Below the pieces are notes generated by a model that searched no databases, had not been told where the DNA came from, and saw only the letters and a program-made list of their open reading frames with translations. A program made the translations under genes and the position numbers. Of a stretch of 64,000 nucleotides of DNA, positions 27,520 through 44,603 are shown in pieces; positions within the stretch are counted from its first letter, which is position 1; every line of letters starts with the position of its first letter. Source of the DNA: Trichoplax adhaerens (Eukaryota; Animalia; Placozoa); contig NW_002060943.1 in assembly GCF_000150275.1 (NCBI RefSeq), forward strand, positions 11,222,878-11,286,877. The letters are read 5' to 3'.

Positions 27520-28625
27520 ATGTAGAAAGAGCTCACTAAATGTGCGGATTTTAACATGTTAATAGGAGGAAAATAAAGTATCATTGTTAATTTTGTTGGA
27601 CTGTTTCTTCTATAAGTTGTAATAAATAAAGTAAATACAGGAAATTGGCCTATTTTGAAGCTTATTGTGCTTGTCTTAGCCAAAAATGCGAGTTAAATTA
27701 TGCAATAATAGCCTTCTGAGCTAATTTCGTCTGTAGTTAGGATTCAAAACCAAGTAAATAGTATCCTACATAATTCCTTACCATGTATTCGTATAACGTA
27801 ATAATAGTCTATGGAAATATTTAAGGTACATCACTAAACACAGTTGAAACTGTAATTACTACAGAAACTGCGTGTATCGATATAATTTAATTAATGAATG
27901 AATACGCGCTCAATAAGTTAATAAATATTGAATCTACCATTTTACAATAACTACACAAGCAGAAGTATCCTTTATTTAATTAGACATCATGGGTATGGAA
28001 TGGGTTCCTACTATGATCATTTGTCAATTAATTATTAATTACAACTGTGAGCATGCTGTTGACTGTTGTCAACAATCTCTAGTATACTATACTCATTGTA
28101 CGTATATATGGAACTATACTAGCAGAGCAGCAAATAATTTTAAATGTTACACATGCTAGTTTACATGTTGAGACAGAAAAGAGCAAATTTCATATCAATG
28201 ATTTAATTTTAAAAATTTACAAACCTTTATTTAGAAGAAATGGAGAAATAACAAGTTCTAGCATAATAATAGTTCTAACATTGGTAAAATTTCAATTTCA
28301 ATAAGTAGGCGGTGTACATTCCAGTAGTATGTTGCAATGGCTAAATGTTAAATGTTCCTTTGCATAAACATAGTTAAATAAAGTTTTATATTTACTAAAG
28401 GATTAAAAAGTACATAGATTTCAGAGTCAGACGAAGATTCCGATAACACAACAATTTGTGTATAACTCTCTTAAACGTACGAAGATACCATACCTCCAAC
28501 AGTAATATAATTAAGCGATTATTACAAATAGCTATCGGCAACGGAATTTCTTTGTAGTATACCATATTGTATTACTAATGACACACAAACATTCTGTATC
28601 AGCTGTTTCACCCTAAGGCTAATAC

Positions 28626-31600
28626 CTAGGATTGCTGCGAAAAAAACCTATAAGCTAACGCTACGCCCAAGACTACAATAGCAACCGGAAGAACCCAACT
28701 CATTCCACTGTAACAAAAGAAAAAAAGATATCATTAACATCTACTATTACATAATCATAAGCTCATGTAACAATTATATAATGATGAGTCGCTGACAGGT
28801 AAAATGTGAAAACGTAACTTAATATGCATTTCATCATGAAGTGTTTAAGTTTTCTACTGCAATTACAAAATTTGAGCTTTCTACCAATGATCAACATAGA
28901 TTACGCTGTAAATGCTGTAAACGCTACAAACTACGCAAATTTATATGGGTATGGAAAGCATTTAACTAATCAGTTGATAAAAGTACTTCTAATCAGAGAA
29001 CAATTTCTTCAGGCATGTTTACTGTAGATTAGAGGTAAAATTTCAAATGCTTTGCTTTTGTTTACTCTACGTACCTCGACGCAGTGGCACTTTGTTGGGG
29101 AGCAGGCTGTAGCAAGATTTGTGGTAAAAAATTAATTTAGTAACAGTTATTGCCGATTATTTGTACATAAATTTAGTATTAGAAGGTTTTATTAATGCTA
29201 CATTGACAAGTTGTGAAATATGATAGAGATGCGCTAATGGACAGTTTATGATTCGTCGAATATCAAGTACTGGCATCGACTACCACAGTTACTACATACA
29301 AGTCCATTGTAACAGCATAATATTAACGATCAATTATAAAAGGATGCTATTCTGTAGGTTCACGTATGGTTAATAAAAAAATACTAGTACTAAACAACAT
29401 TTTAACATAATGACCATGTTTAGCGATTTGTTACTTACTTTTGCTTTGGCTTGGTCTTCCTCACTCTTTACAAATAGTACAAATATAGACAAAAATGAAA
29501 GAAAGAAAAAAAAACATACGTTAATATTAATAATTATTAGAGGTCCAGTTAGTAGATGCCAGAAAAGAGAAGCTTTTTCTCAGTATTCTTCAGTTCGGCA
29601 AAATATTACCATGGAGAAAATAAAAAGAAGGATAAAAGAGTTACTAAAATCTGAACAGAGTGCTTTCCCGTATGTCGTTTAATCTCTTTTCTTGTCTTTA
29701 CGTCATCTGTCTTTTTATTAATCTTAATATCTCATTTACTAGAGTTAGATTGTAGTATACATGCTAGGACAAAATATCACTGAGTCGAAGTTTGTTACTA
29801 CATATCAAATTAGCACCAAGGGCATTCTACGCTTTATGTACAGTACATACTTTAATAAAGTAGCATCTAGAGTACTAGTTGAGATAAAGTTTGTTGCTAT
29901 ATCAAATTAGCACCAAGAGTAATGGCAGTATAGTATCGACCGGTGCTAATCACTCACTCAATCTAGGCACGCTAATTCATTAAACTTATGGTTACAGTGT
30001 CGTATACTGAGAGTTTTACGTTTCAAGACAGTTTTGTCAGCGGTTGACAAATTTCAATTTACCCCTTTACTTTAAAGATAAATCATACCTCTACAATATC
30101 ACCAATATAATGTTGTGTTAGCAGTGCTTGAGCATCGGTGGAATGACCAACATCATTAAATGCTTCAGTAGCATCTTTTCCTAAGTATATCAATGTCAAG
30201 GATAATTTTTAACACTTACAATGAATAAAGCATTGATACGATCAAAATTGCTATTACAATAGGATGTAATTCGCATACATCTGTTGGCGATATGAATACA
30301 CGATATATTGTGTCAATGTTCCACTTTATTATTACTGTAATTAAAGTAAAGTAAATAACTTGCACAGCATCTTTTGCTTCCTGTATTTCATTAATGAATC
30401 ATAATAAAGCCTGCAACAACTATACTGGAACTACTATATTATTCTTCCAGATAGTAACAGTACTATAAATTTGACTTTAATCAAGCGAAAAGGGCTGTTT
30501 GTGAAATTGACTTGATCCCGTTTTTGCATGTAATAGTGGAAGATTTACATCATACAGTACATGGCAGCCAAAAAAACACGATGTCATCGCTGTAAAGCTG
30601 CTACTGTCGTAGTACAGTCATTCCATACTTTAAATTTGTATCTTATCTTGTCATAATAATCATGTCATGATGTTTATAAATTGCATTCAGAAAAGTAAAA
30701 GCTAATATGCACGCGACAGCAACGTGTTAAATCAAGATACAACACGTGAAAATTGAAGGGGTGCGACACAGAGTTGAGAATACTATCACGTCGTCGGGGT
30801 TTTTGCTTCCAGGTCAACGGATGATGACCATGTGGATAAACCGTAATTTATTTGGTATTGAGATACACTTTCTTGAGAGTGGGAAACTGGCCGTACAGAC
30901 CATCGACGCATGATTTCGATGGTATTAACTGATAATTGTACAGTACTATCATAAGTATGGACAATTTAGAAAATTCCTCATATTTTAATAATAACTCAGT
31001 AAAAATACAACAGTCTAGTCTAGTCCAGTTCTATCTAGCTGTAAAGTAGTCTGCATAGGCGTCTATTTCGCAGAATGTAGACTTCACCTTAGAGCTGACG
31101 TAGCATTTTCGAGCTTGGTAGCGTATGTTATTTATGGTTTAAATTTTAAAGTTTAAACTAGGGTTTTCATACGGGGAAATAGGGTAGTAAAATTCATTGA
31201 AGAACCCTAAGCTATCGTCTATCCGGTGAGTGATTAATGTCCAATTTTTTTTAGATCAGATTCGGAGTAAGAAATACGGACCAAAATAAAGATTTGATAC
31301 AGGTTTAGACTGGCGTAGGTATAGCATTACTGTCAGTGCATGCCTTGATTTTCTATGAAACGCAGACTACAACATTATGGGGTAGATTCTACACGTGTTG
31401 AGATGAAATACTTCAGCAAGAATGAATTGGAAAATTAAAAATTTATTTTACATTGCCACATTGACAGATCATACCTGCAAATTCTAAGACGACTTCCTCA
31501 CCACCGGGATGCTAAACGACGGAAAATTAAAGTTAAATAGGCCTACGATATTATTACATTCTAAATGTCTTTATCAAAGTCGTTACATAAAGTAGAATGG

Positions 31601-32022
31601 TAAAATCAAAAATTGGCCCAAGTTGCCCACTTCGAATGGATTGTCTATTTCAAAAGTCGACTACTCTGTTTCTTCATGCAGATAAATTGCTTGTTTAAAG
31701 CTATATACCTAAGAGATACTTAACAAGGCTAAATGTACTGTACAGTAGATTATCAATGGCTCCATAAGTTAACTTGAGAAATGCCAATCCATTGAAAGAG
31801 ACAACAGCAAGCGTCCAGTTATCCGCCGACTGCTGAACGAATTTACCTCTACTATGCTACTTCCATATCCAAAAAACTGAATTTCCACAACAGTATTATT
31901 TTTATTACCTCTGGGATAAACTTGCTGACATCATAAACTTTATTCTTGATGATAATCCATGCTGAATCGACGTCGCTATGTTCGGCTACTTCTGATCTCT
32001 TATATTGATTGTCGGAAGCCAT
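28626..32022 (-). CDS. CYB5: Cytochrome b5, tail-anchored, 6 exons, 127 aa
   Basis: Exons 32022-31909, 31511-31475, 30180-30089, 29465-29439, 29106-29075, 28707-28626. Product ...EVAEH...[47 protein letters not shown]...YIGDI...SWVLPVAIVVLGVALAYRFFSQQS; both heme-ligating His present (HPGG, GHS). Confidence 0.96.
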
Positions 32023-32647
32023 ATTGGATGGAGGCGGATGTTGGCAAATCTTTCAAGTGGTGACCAGAGCGATACCGTAACGGAGTTTATGGTACCGAGC
32101 TACAAGTCGTACAGTGTATAGTACTGTACATTGTAGAGTAAGGCTTGAGGATGGTATCGGACAGTACGCTACGCTAGTATATAACAGTATGAAATTGGAG
32201 AAAAATGGGCAGTCAGAACAAGTTCAGTATGAATTCTTTTACAATACTAACTGCACAGTACTGTACACTGTACTCTGCACACTGGACCATACTGCGCCGA
32301 ATTGTATCGCTTGTATTGGTACTCAATCACGTCTTGATACTATACGATACTGTATCGTGATCTTTCGTAATTTATTAGTCTACACTAGCGGACAACATGC
32401 ACGCGAGAGACAAAGTCCTTTTGCAACAGCTCATCATGGACAAATTGTTCCTGCAATTTCTGTTTTATGCGCCATCGAATAAATTGATTTTGCGCTTCCA
32501 ACGCTCAATTAGATAGATAGACATTGCAGGATAAAATGGCCTTTGATCGGCTACGGCTGTCCTGATTACTATATCGTACACTGGTCAATCCATGACCTCA
32601 GGGCAGAGTACACTCAGTACAGGACAAACTACAAAGTCCACATGCAT

Positions 32648-32787
32648 TTGGCGACTGGAGGAGCAATTAAGAATGATTATATAGAATGATTGAATTCATT
32701 ACTGTATTATGTAATGATTGGCCACTGGAGGAGCAATTAAGAATGATTATATACAATGATTGAATTTATTACTGTATTATGTAATGA
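32648..32787. repeat. 70-bp tandem duplication
   Basis: TTGGC.ACTGGAGGAGCAATTAAGAATGATTATATA...TTACTGTATTATGTAATGA occurs twice with period 70. Confidence 0.9.
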
Positions 32788-33483
32788 AATACCTTCAGCA
32801 CTTATGGCTACAGTCTACCGATATAGATTGTATACATATTAGTCACTCAACTATATATTGCTGGACGCTTGTACACCATATTGTGTCTTTTCAGAATAGT
32901 GAAAATAGCGTTGCAAATGCAGCTTGGCGTTGTAGCTTGCTTACGGTCAGCTTGAATACGAGTTGAATAATAATAAGACTATTACTGTACGTAGAGTGTA
33001 GAAGGAGAGAGGGGGCTGACGATTTGCAATACAAGATGTACCTTAAATAAAACAAAACAATAATGCTGTATGTACTCAAATCCCTTGTCAACGCGGACAA
33101 ATCTTCCTCTACAGTATATTGAGACTAGCGTTGAGCCACTGATAGAGATAGACTCGTAATATTAGTCATTGTCACCATATAAATCTAGATGCCGGCGGTT
33201 TGCTGATTTTTATGTGTAACAGACGCACTCATTGCATCGCCAATAAAATAATGCATTACACTTTAATAATATTAGCTCAACAAATAAATTGCCATTAGAT
33301 ACAATGAATTTCAGAATAAACTAATTTTTATATATCAAATCTATTTCAGCGACAAGTCTTCATTGACTGCTATACAGAATTCGTCTTAGTGTGCCCTTAT
33401 AAGATAGTCATTAGGATCCAGTGCATTTAAAAATATAATCATTGATACGCATATCTTTCGCTTTCACAAATATTCGTTGAGCG

Positions 33484-38184
<4,701 letters not shown>

Positions 38185-38329
38185 CTAATGCAGCCTGGTA
38201 AAAGCAAAAGTTGCCTGACGATAGCTAGAAAAAGGCATGGACTACTAGCAGAAGACCTAGCAGTCCATGCTAGAGGTAATCTATGAATCTGTGCTAAATG
38301 TGGACTCGAGCTTAGGAGATCAATGAGAT

Positions 38330-38670
38330 ACAGACAACTGTACTATGGACTACTAGAAGAAAATCGACTTCGGTATGTACCGTACTTCTGTCGGTCCAGA
38401 TCGTACAGTGTACAGTACAATAATGTACAGTAGTACAGTACTGTACAGTACTTTGTTACGTACTGTATTGTAGCGAAGGTGAAAGAAAGAGACTGGATCG
38501 CCTATGGCAGGGTAGATACTCAAACATGATCTATTGTTTTTTAGCTTGGTATGAAGGTACCAGCAACGGGATGGAGGACCTCCAGCAGTAAAATTTGCTT
38601 TTGTGTCATCCAGCTGGAAAGTAAAGCATGCGCCTGAGGCCCTGAGCCCCTGGCTTAACCTGCACATTTC
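38330..38670. promoter_or_regulatory. Probable bidirectional promoter between DUS2 and the Lys-rich gene
   Basis: About 600 bp between divergent ATGs (38142 and 38747); dense GTACAGTAC/TACTGTAC cluster at 38400-38470; NRF1-like GCATGCGC near 38626. Confidence 0.55.
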
Positions 38671-38746
38671 CAGCTACCTCCATCGTAACCTTACTGCATG
38701 AAAATATTTACATGATTTAACAGCATATCGAGGTCTAATTTTTTCA

Positions 38747-41092
38747 ATGTCAAGTAAAGAAGGTATGCCTAAAGTTTGTATAATATTGAGTAAGGATGCA
38801 GATTGATTTATGGTTGTTCTCCTTTCACATATAAACATACTGTATTATGATTAAATGGCGAGTGTGGAGTACAGTTATGATTGTAATTATTATTATTATC
38901 ATCGAATCAATTATATATCTATGCTCGTTGATGGCTTTCATAATAGAATCATAAAGATCAAATCGACGTATAAAGGGACACAATTTATGACTTTATTATC
39001 TGTGTTATTGGCAAAAGAAGCAGCAATAAAATCTTCCGCTATTGACTATACTGTACTGTATCTTTTATCGAGCTAAATATATGGGTTAATCTTTTCTCGT
39101 AACGAATTACGTATGTTATAATTGTAACCCATTAACAATCTCGTATGCCAGCAGATATGTATAAGTATCCTACTTTAGCGAATTGCTTCGTGCCAGTTAT
39201 AATACATCCTTTGTTGTATCGACCGTTATATTGCCACGCAAAAGCTCATTGATTTGCATAGGGGTACTGCTTAATCAATTAGAACTTCTGTATCCAACTG
39301 AAACACGCATTCTATGAAATGAATGATTATCAATATATGCAAATACGGCCTAAAGTCCCTAGTTTAATTTATTTATTTATCTATAATTGAATCCACGAGC
39401 TTGTCTGTCTACATGAGTAATAATATTTTAAATTGAATTTTGTCTTTAGAAAGAAACGAAAGGAAACGCCGTCATGATCATCAGTATGACGAGAGCGAGA
39501 GCTCTGATAGCGACAATGAAGGTCAAAAACAACATGATAACAAAAGATCATCGTGTTGTACTGATTAATATCTATTAATAATTATAGTATAATTCTTATT
39601 TAATGATATTGGTAGTTGTTTGATAGTGCTATGTTTGCAGTGCCGAATTAAGTAGCAGTGAACTGTTACATTTATCTATCAAATCTATCCTATTGACGAT
39701 TGACTACTTTATAGCTGTTATGTCTATCGTACGTTACACTGTGCAACCTGCAGTGCAACTGAATAGTAGACTCATGGGATTTCAATCTTTCTGTCATCAA
39801 ATTAGCCAATACTCAACAGAACAAATCCCATCTACAGTATATTATTTACTACATAGTACTGTACCTGTAAAACAGTATACGAGTATGTAATGGATTTTAT
39901 AGAAATAAAAGATTAATTTTTGCAATGACTTAATTGCCTTCGTAGGATGACTATATCTTATTTGCTCTTATAATTATCACTTTATAGATAGTCATAGAAA
40001 GAAGCAACATCATGGCGGTCGGAGAAATAGTAGTAGTTCATCAGCGTCTAATACGTCAATCAGTGACAGCGATTCCGGTAATTAACATTTAACATATACT
40101 GCATATGTGTAGTTATTAACTTATCCTGGAAATACCACGTTAAAATATATCAGTAGGTAAAGATTATAAAGTATCCTACGGTATGATTATTGACCATGCT
40201 AACCACCTTTAAAAATAATATAATACGATGTTTAATAGAAGAAAGAAGAAAAGAAAAGAAAAAACATAAGAAAAAATTAAAGGTTATATGCGAATTTCAA
40301 TAGTTAGGATTAATTTCTATCGTAGTAGCAATTAGAGATCTCTCGATTTTGATGAGTATGAGTAAATCTTTCTTTATATTTATTGTTGGTTTATGCATAA
40401 CCAGATGTGATATCGATAAATCCTAGAATTATTTTGTAGCTATTAACTAGTTGTAAAATTATTATAGAAAGAGAAAAAGAAGAAAAAAAAATTAAAAAAA
40501 GATAAAAAATCCAAGAAACATTCGGAAAGTAAATCATCAGGTCCGGTGCAGCTGTCTCAGGTATCTAATTGAAAATATGAAACTTGCTCGACAATTTCGA
40601 TCGTGTTATTAAAGCGATAAGGTAGTCATCACATACCATAGATTCTAGCCAATATTTTAATGACTATTGTCAGAGATATGTCAATAATAAAAATTTGTCA
40701 GTTTATGCTAGGCAATTTTGTGATCTACATATAACCCTGTTTTTCTATACAATTCAATACTGTAGTACCTTCAAGAACGGAAAAAGGATGAGGATCAACG
40801 AAGTGCAGTCTCCGGGAAAAAAATGAAACTTAAAATCAAGAAATCAACGGAGGATAAGCAGGTATTAATATGTATATAATGCAATAATATGCTTATCTTA
40901 CACCAACAAGGAAAATAGCTTATTCCACTGTACTAACAGTGATTCTCATTTCTGTTTCATTTATATCCATCACGTGTGAATTTCTATAGTATATTCCACT
41001 GTTTGGAAGTTTATTTACTTTTTATTTTTTTAATGTAGAGAGAGAAGAACAGACAGGAATTGCTTAATTTTTTAAATTCCCAGTTTGGCTAA
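38747..41092 (+). CDS. Uncharacterised Lys/Ser-rich, probably nuclear protein, 7 exons, about 154 aa
   Basis: In-phase exons 38747-38762, 39450-39521 (donor weak), 39988-40077, 40239-40282, 40468-40560, 40766-40861, 41039-41092. C-terminus GPVQLSQYLQ..RSAVSGKKMKLKIKKSTEDKQREKNRQELLNFLNSQFG. Confidence 0.82.
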
Positions 41093-42205
41093 AATGGTTC
41101 CCGTTGTAATATAATAATATATATAAACGAATAATTCAATATTACTGTATTAAATTAAATGAAGTCAATAAAAAACCTTTTAATGATAATTTAGATTATA
41201 TGGCTTCCTGAAGTTAATACAGAGTTCCCTATGCTGCATAGCAATCTATCGATCATCAATATACCCGCATACGCGTATATCACGATAAAGATACTGTACC
41301 AGCTTCTACTTTATGATATATTTCTAAGCAACTAGTTACATTACCATAGTACGACGGAGTAATAGGGTGCAGACAATATGATGCTCTACTAGTCCTATCC
41401 ATTATAAATTTAGCAAATCGCGGTATCGTTATTATACGTACGTGTCGTATGCATGCTAAATTAATCAAATTTAGAATTGATCCGTACTGCATAATAATAG
41501 CATACACGTCTATCATACTGCATTGTTAGTACATATTAGCGCCATAAACGTTCAATTGAAGTGAAATAATATTTAAAAATTTAATCAGCTCATAAATATC
41601 TGCTATAGTAACAGATCTTCCCTGGATGTACGTAAACAGACTAATAATAATATTAAATTACTATCTATAAACTTGGCTTACGTTGTCACTTGCAATTCTT
41701 CGACTATGATTTTATTATTCTGGTTCACAACCGATATTAATCTATGATATAGTTTATTGATAATATCAGTCTTAGTCTTCGTTTCGATACAAATCAGCTA
41801 TGTAGTATTTTTATAATAATAGGTTACGGTTCTTGCTATCACCTCCAGGGATGACGGCGAGGTACTGTCTAGGTGTATAGTTTTACTATCTGTAGAGCGG
41901 TTGTACTGTTGAACTTATTTAATATTTAACATAACATTTAATCAGTAGACTTGAATTAACGTCATGTTTTGAACGTTGTGTTTACTTAATAGGGCCCTAT
42001 AATTTGAGGGGGGCTAGCTCACATTTATTGCACTGAAGAACCATTTTCAGTCACGCTATTCTTAGTTGCCCTGGCTCAACGGATACAACTGTACGATCGA
42101 GCTACAACTACTGATATTTAGAATCACTGCTGTGTTTATACAGTACCATATACTGTAAATCATGGCTGTTTATTTAGCTATTAAAATCTAATCTATACCG
42201 TATAG

Positions 42206-42227
42206 TATATATATATATATATATATA
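42206..42227. repeat. (TA)n microsatellite
   Basis: About 10-11 TA units. Confidence 0.85.
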
Positions 42228-42320
42228 CCGTATACATGATTTATCTGAAGCTTTTCCTATTAAATTTAATAGTGATCTTTTCGGGCATCATGTACCGCCG
42301 TAGTTTTTGCAGCAGCTGAA

Positions 42321-42722
42321 CGGTACTACACGATATAAATAGTGAGCATATTAACGAAGATCTGCCGGGTGAGCATTCGATAGGTTCTGTTATATAAAAC
42401 AAAGTGTGCATATTCGGGCCATTCGAATCCCGGAATAAGTGCAGTCTATAGTAAGGTAAGTAATGGCGGGGTTCTTGTTACTGTGTAAGCTATAGATATA
42501 CTATACTGTTCACTGTTTAATTACGGTACTACACGATATAAATAGTGAGTATGTTAACGAAGATCTGCCGGGTGAGCATTCGATAACTTCTGTTATATAA
42601 AACAAAGTGTGCATATTCGAATCCCGTAATTAGTGCTGTCGATATTAAGGTAAGTAATAAGAGGATTCTTGTTGTTACTGTGTAAGCTATAGATATACAG
42701 TATATACTATTCACTGTTTAAT
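42321..42722. repeat. Tandem duplication of about 203 bp
   Basis: CGGTACTACACGATATAAATAGTGAG...GAAGATCTGCCGGGTGAGCATTCGATA...TTCACTGTTTAAT occurs at 42321 and 42524. Confidence 0.92.
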
Positions 42723-43840
42723 AGATGACACTATACTCGATATTACTAATGTTCAATGATCGTAAAAATGAGAGTACTATTAGTATAACGGTATGCGTAG
42801 CAGCGACTCTTATATACTGTATATCATGGTAACCTAGTGACCAAAAAACTATCAATGAAGAACAATGAATTCTTTTGGGGTAGTAAAACAATTTGAGTCC
42901 ATGAACTAGTAAAAGTTTATTTGCATAGTATGAAATGTGTGCTTTAGCTACAGTACCCATTGATATCCCTTTCTCAATCGATGGATGGACACTGACTAAT
43001 TGTAGGGCCTATATGGATGCGTTGCTGTCATAATCAACAGTACTACAGTGTAGAATACTTTAGAAACTCCTGGACAAGTTTATGGAAAGGACGAACGTCA
43101 AAAGGTAAAATTTGTAGCAAAAAGTGATATATTAATCTGATATTGTCTGTTTTTAAGCTTTCTGAACATAGGACGGCCAAAATGCGTACGATAGCTGTTT
43201 CATTTTTGAATTTTTAAACTTTGAATTGATCAAATTAATACATGTCAAAAGAAAACGAAAACGATGGTAGCAACAAGTTGTTAAGCTGGCAAATACTGTT
43301 CACGTAGTAGTTATATGCTATCCATGATACGAGATAGGTAGTTATAGACAGGTAGAATCTATATTTTTACTTAGAATTGGAAAGTTTATGACTTTCTTCA
43401 CCACGTTATAGCTAGGTGTGATGGATAATTAATAGACGATTGCATTATACCAGTAATATCAGTTGCTTGTTGATGAGGCTATTTTTAACATAAGCGATGG
43501 TTCTCGCTCGTCAGTTTCTCATGTAAAGTGCTTAATCGATAAAGTAATATCTTAAAAGTTACTAATCAGATTCCGTTTTCTTAGATCGCTTGAACGTTAT
43601 ATTATGTATAAGAGATATAAATATGCTCGTAAAAACTTTTAGTACAGCTTTAGTAGATTGTAAAGAAAAAAGTCAAGACTAACTTAAACGTTATTAAATT
43701 CAACTTTAATAAAAGATATTAAAAGCTATCTAAATTATGATAGCTTAGCATAGAACTATATATATGCTTCCTTCTTAATATTAACAGCTCTCCAAATACT
43801 GTAGGTGCTTGCATAGCGAAAGCTAAAAGGAAAATAAAAA

Positions 43841-44161
43841 ATGTCTACGCATGATTCGTATTGTACAGTCGAGCGTAAAGCTGATGAAGATTGGTTACGT
43901 TCGCAAAAACGACATTATGGTGATCAATCAAAAAGTAATGCCTTCAAATCAGAAACTCAAAAGTTTAGAGAAGTAGAACATACGAAACAAAAGATGGATG
44001 TAGAAATGAAGAATAAGGAAAGGCGTCATTTTCAAAGTCAAAGTATGTTCAATAGTTTCTATTCCTTAATTTGCAGAAACAGTAGATTGTTCTATTGACG
44101 TTTGATTTTATTTCGATACATAACAGACAAATCCCACTTAACTTTTCTCTCTAAAAGTTGA
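43841..44161 (+). CDS. Small hydrophilic orphan protein, 2 exons, 78 aa
   Basis: AAAAATG start with an in-frame upstream stop; exon 43841-44042, phase-1 GT-AG intron, exon 44127-44161. Product MSTHDSY...QKRHYGDQSKSNAF...ERRHFQSQNKSHLTFLSKS. Confidence 0.55.
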
Positions 44162-44603
44162 GACAAAGACGTCGAAATCCTTACTATATAATCCGTACTG
44201 TCTATTTGTGGGCTATATAAATAATACAAGTATAAATTTGATTAATCTTATTTAGCGATTTTTTATAATAACCTATTACCCTAATTTAATTGTTATCAAG
44301 GTATAGATTAAGAACACTTAAATTGCTATGAGCTGATAACATTTTAACCTATAAGTATTGAAATGTATCAGTAACTTTATCCTTAACAGTAAATATTTTA
44401 TGGTTTGTACAGTTATGTGGTTTAATTGACAGGAGAAAATAAAACCATCTACTGCCACTTATTACTATATTTCCGGTATTTACTTGCTATTTCATTTCAA
44501 GTATAATTTGTGTAATATATGAATACCACTTCACTCTCTGTATTTACATAAACGTAAGATTATTTACAGTGTCATTCATTAGAGGAAGCAAAGTAGCAGT
44601 AAT

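Noticed and set aside
29788-29920. Short duplicated segment ATATCAAATTAGCACCAAG in CYB5 intron 3
   Set aside because: A local duplication of about 35 bp with no sign of function.
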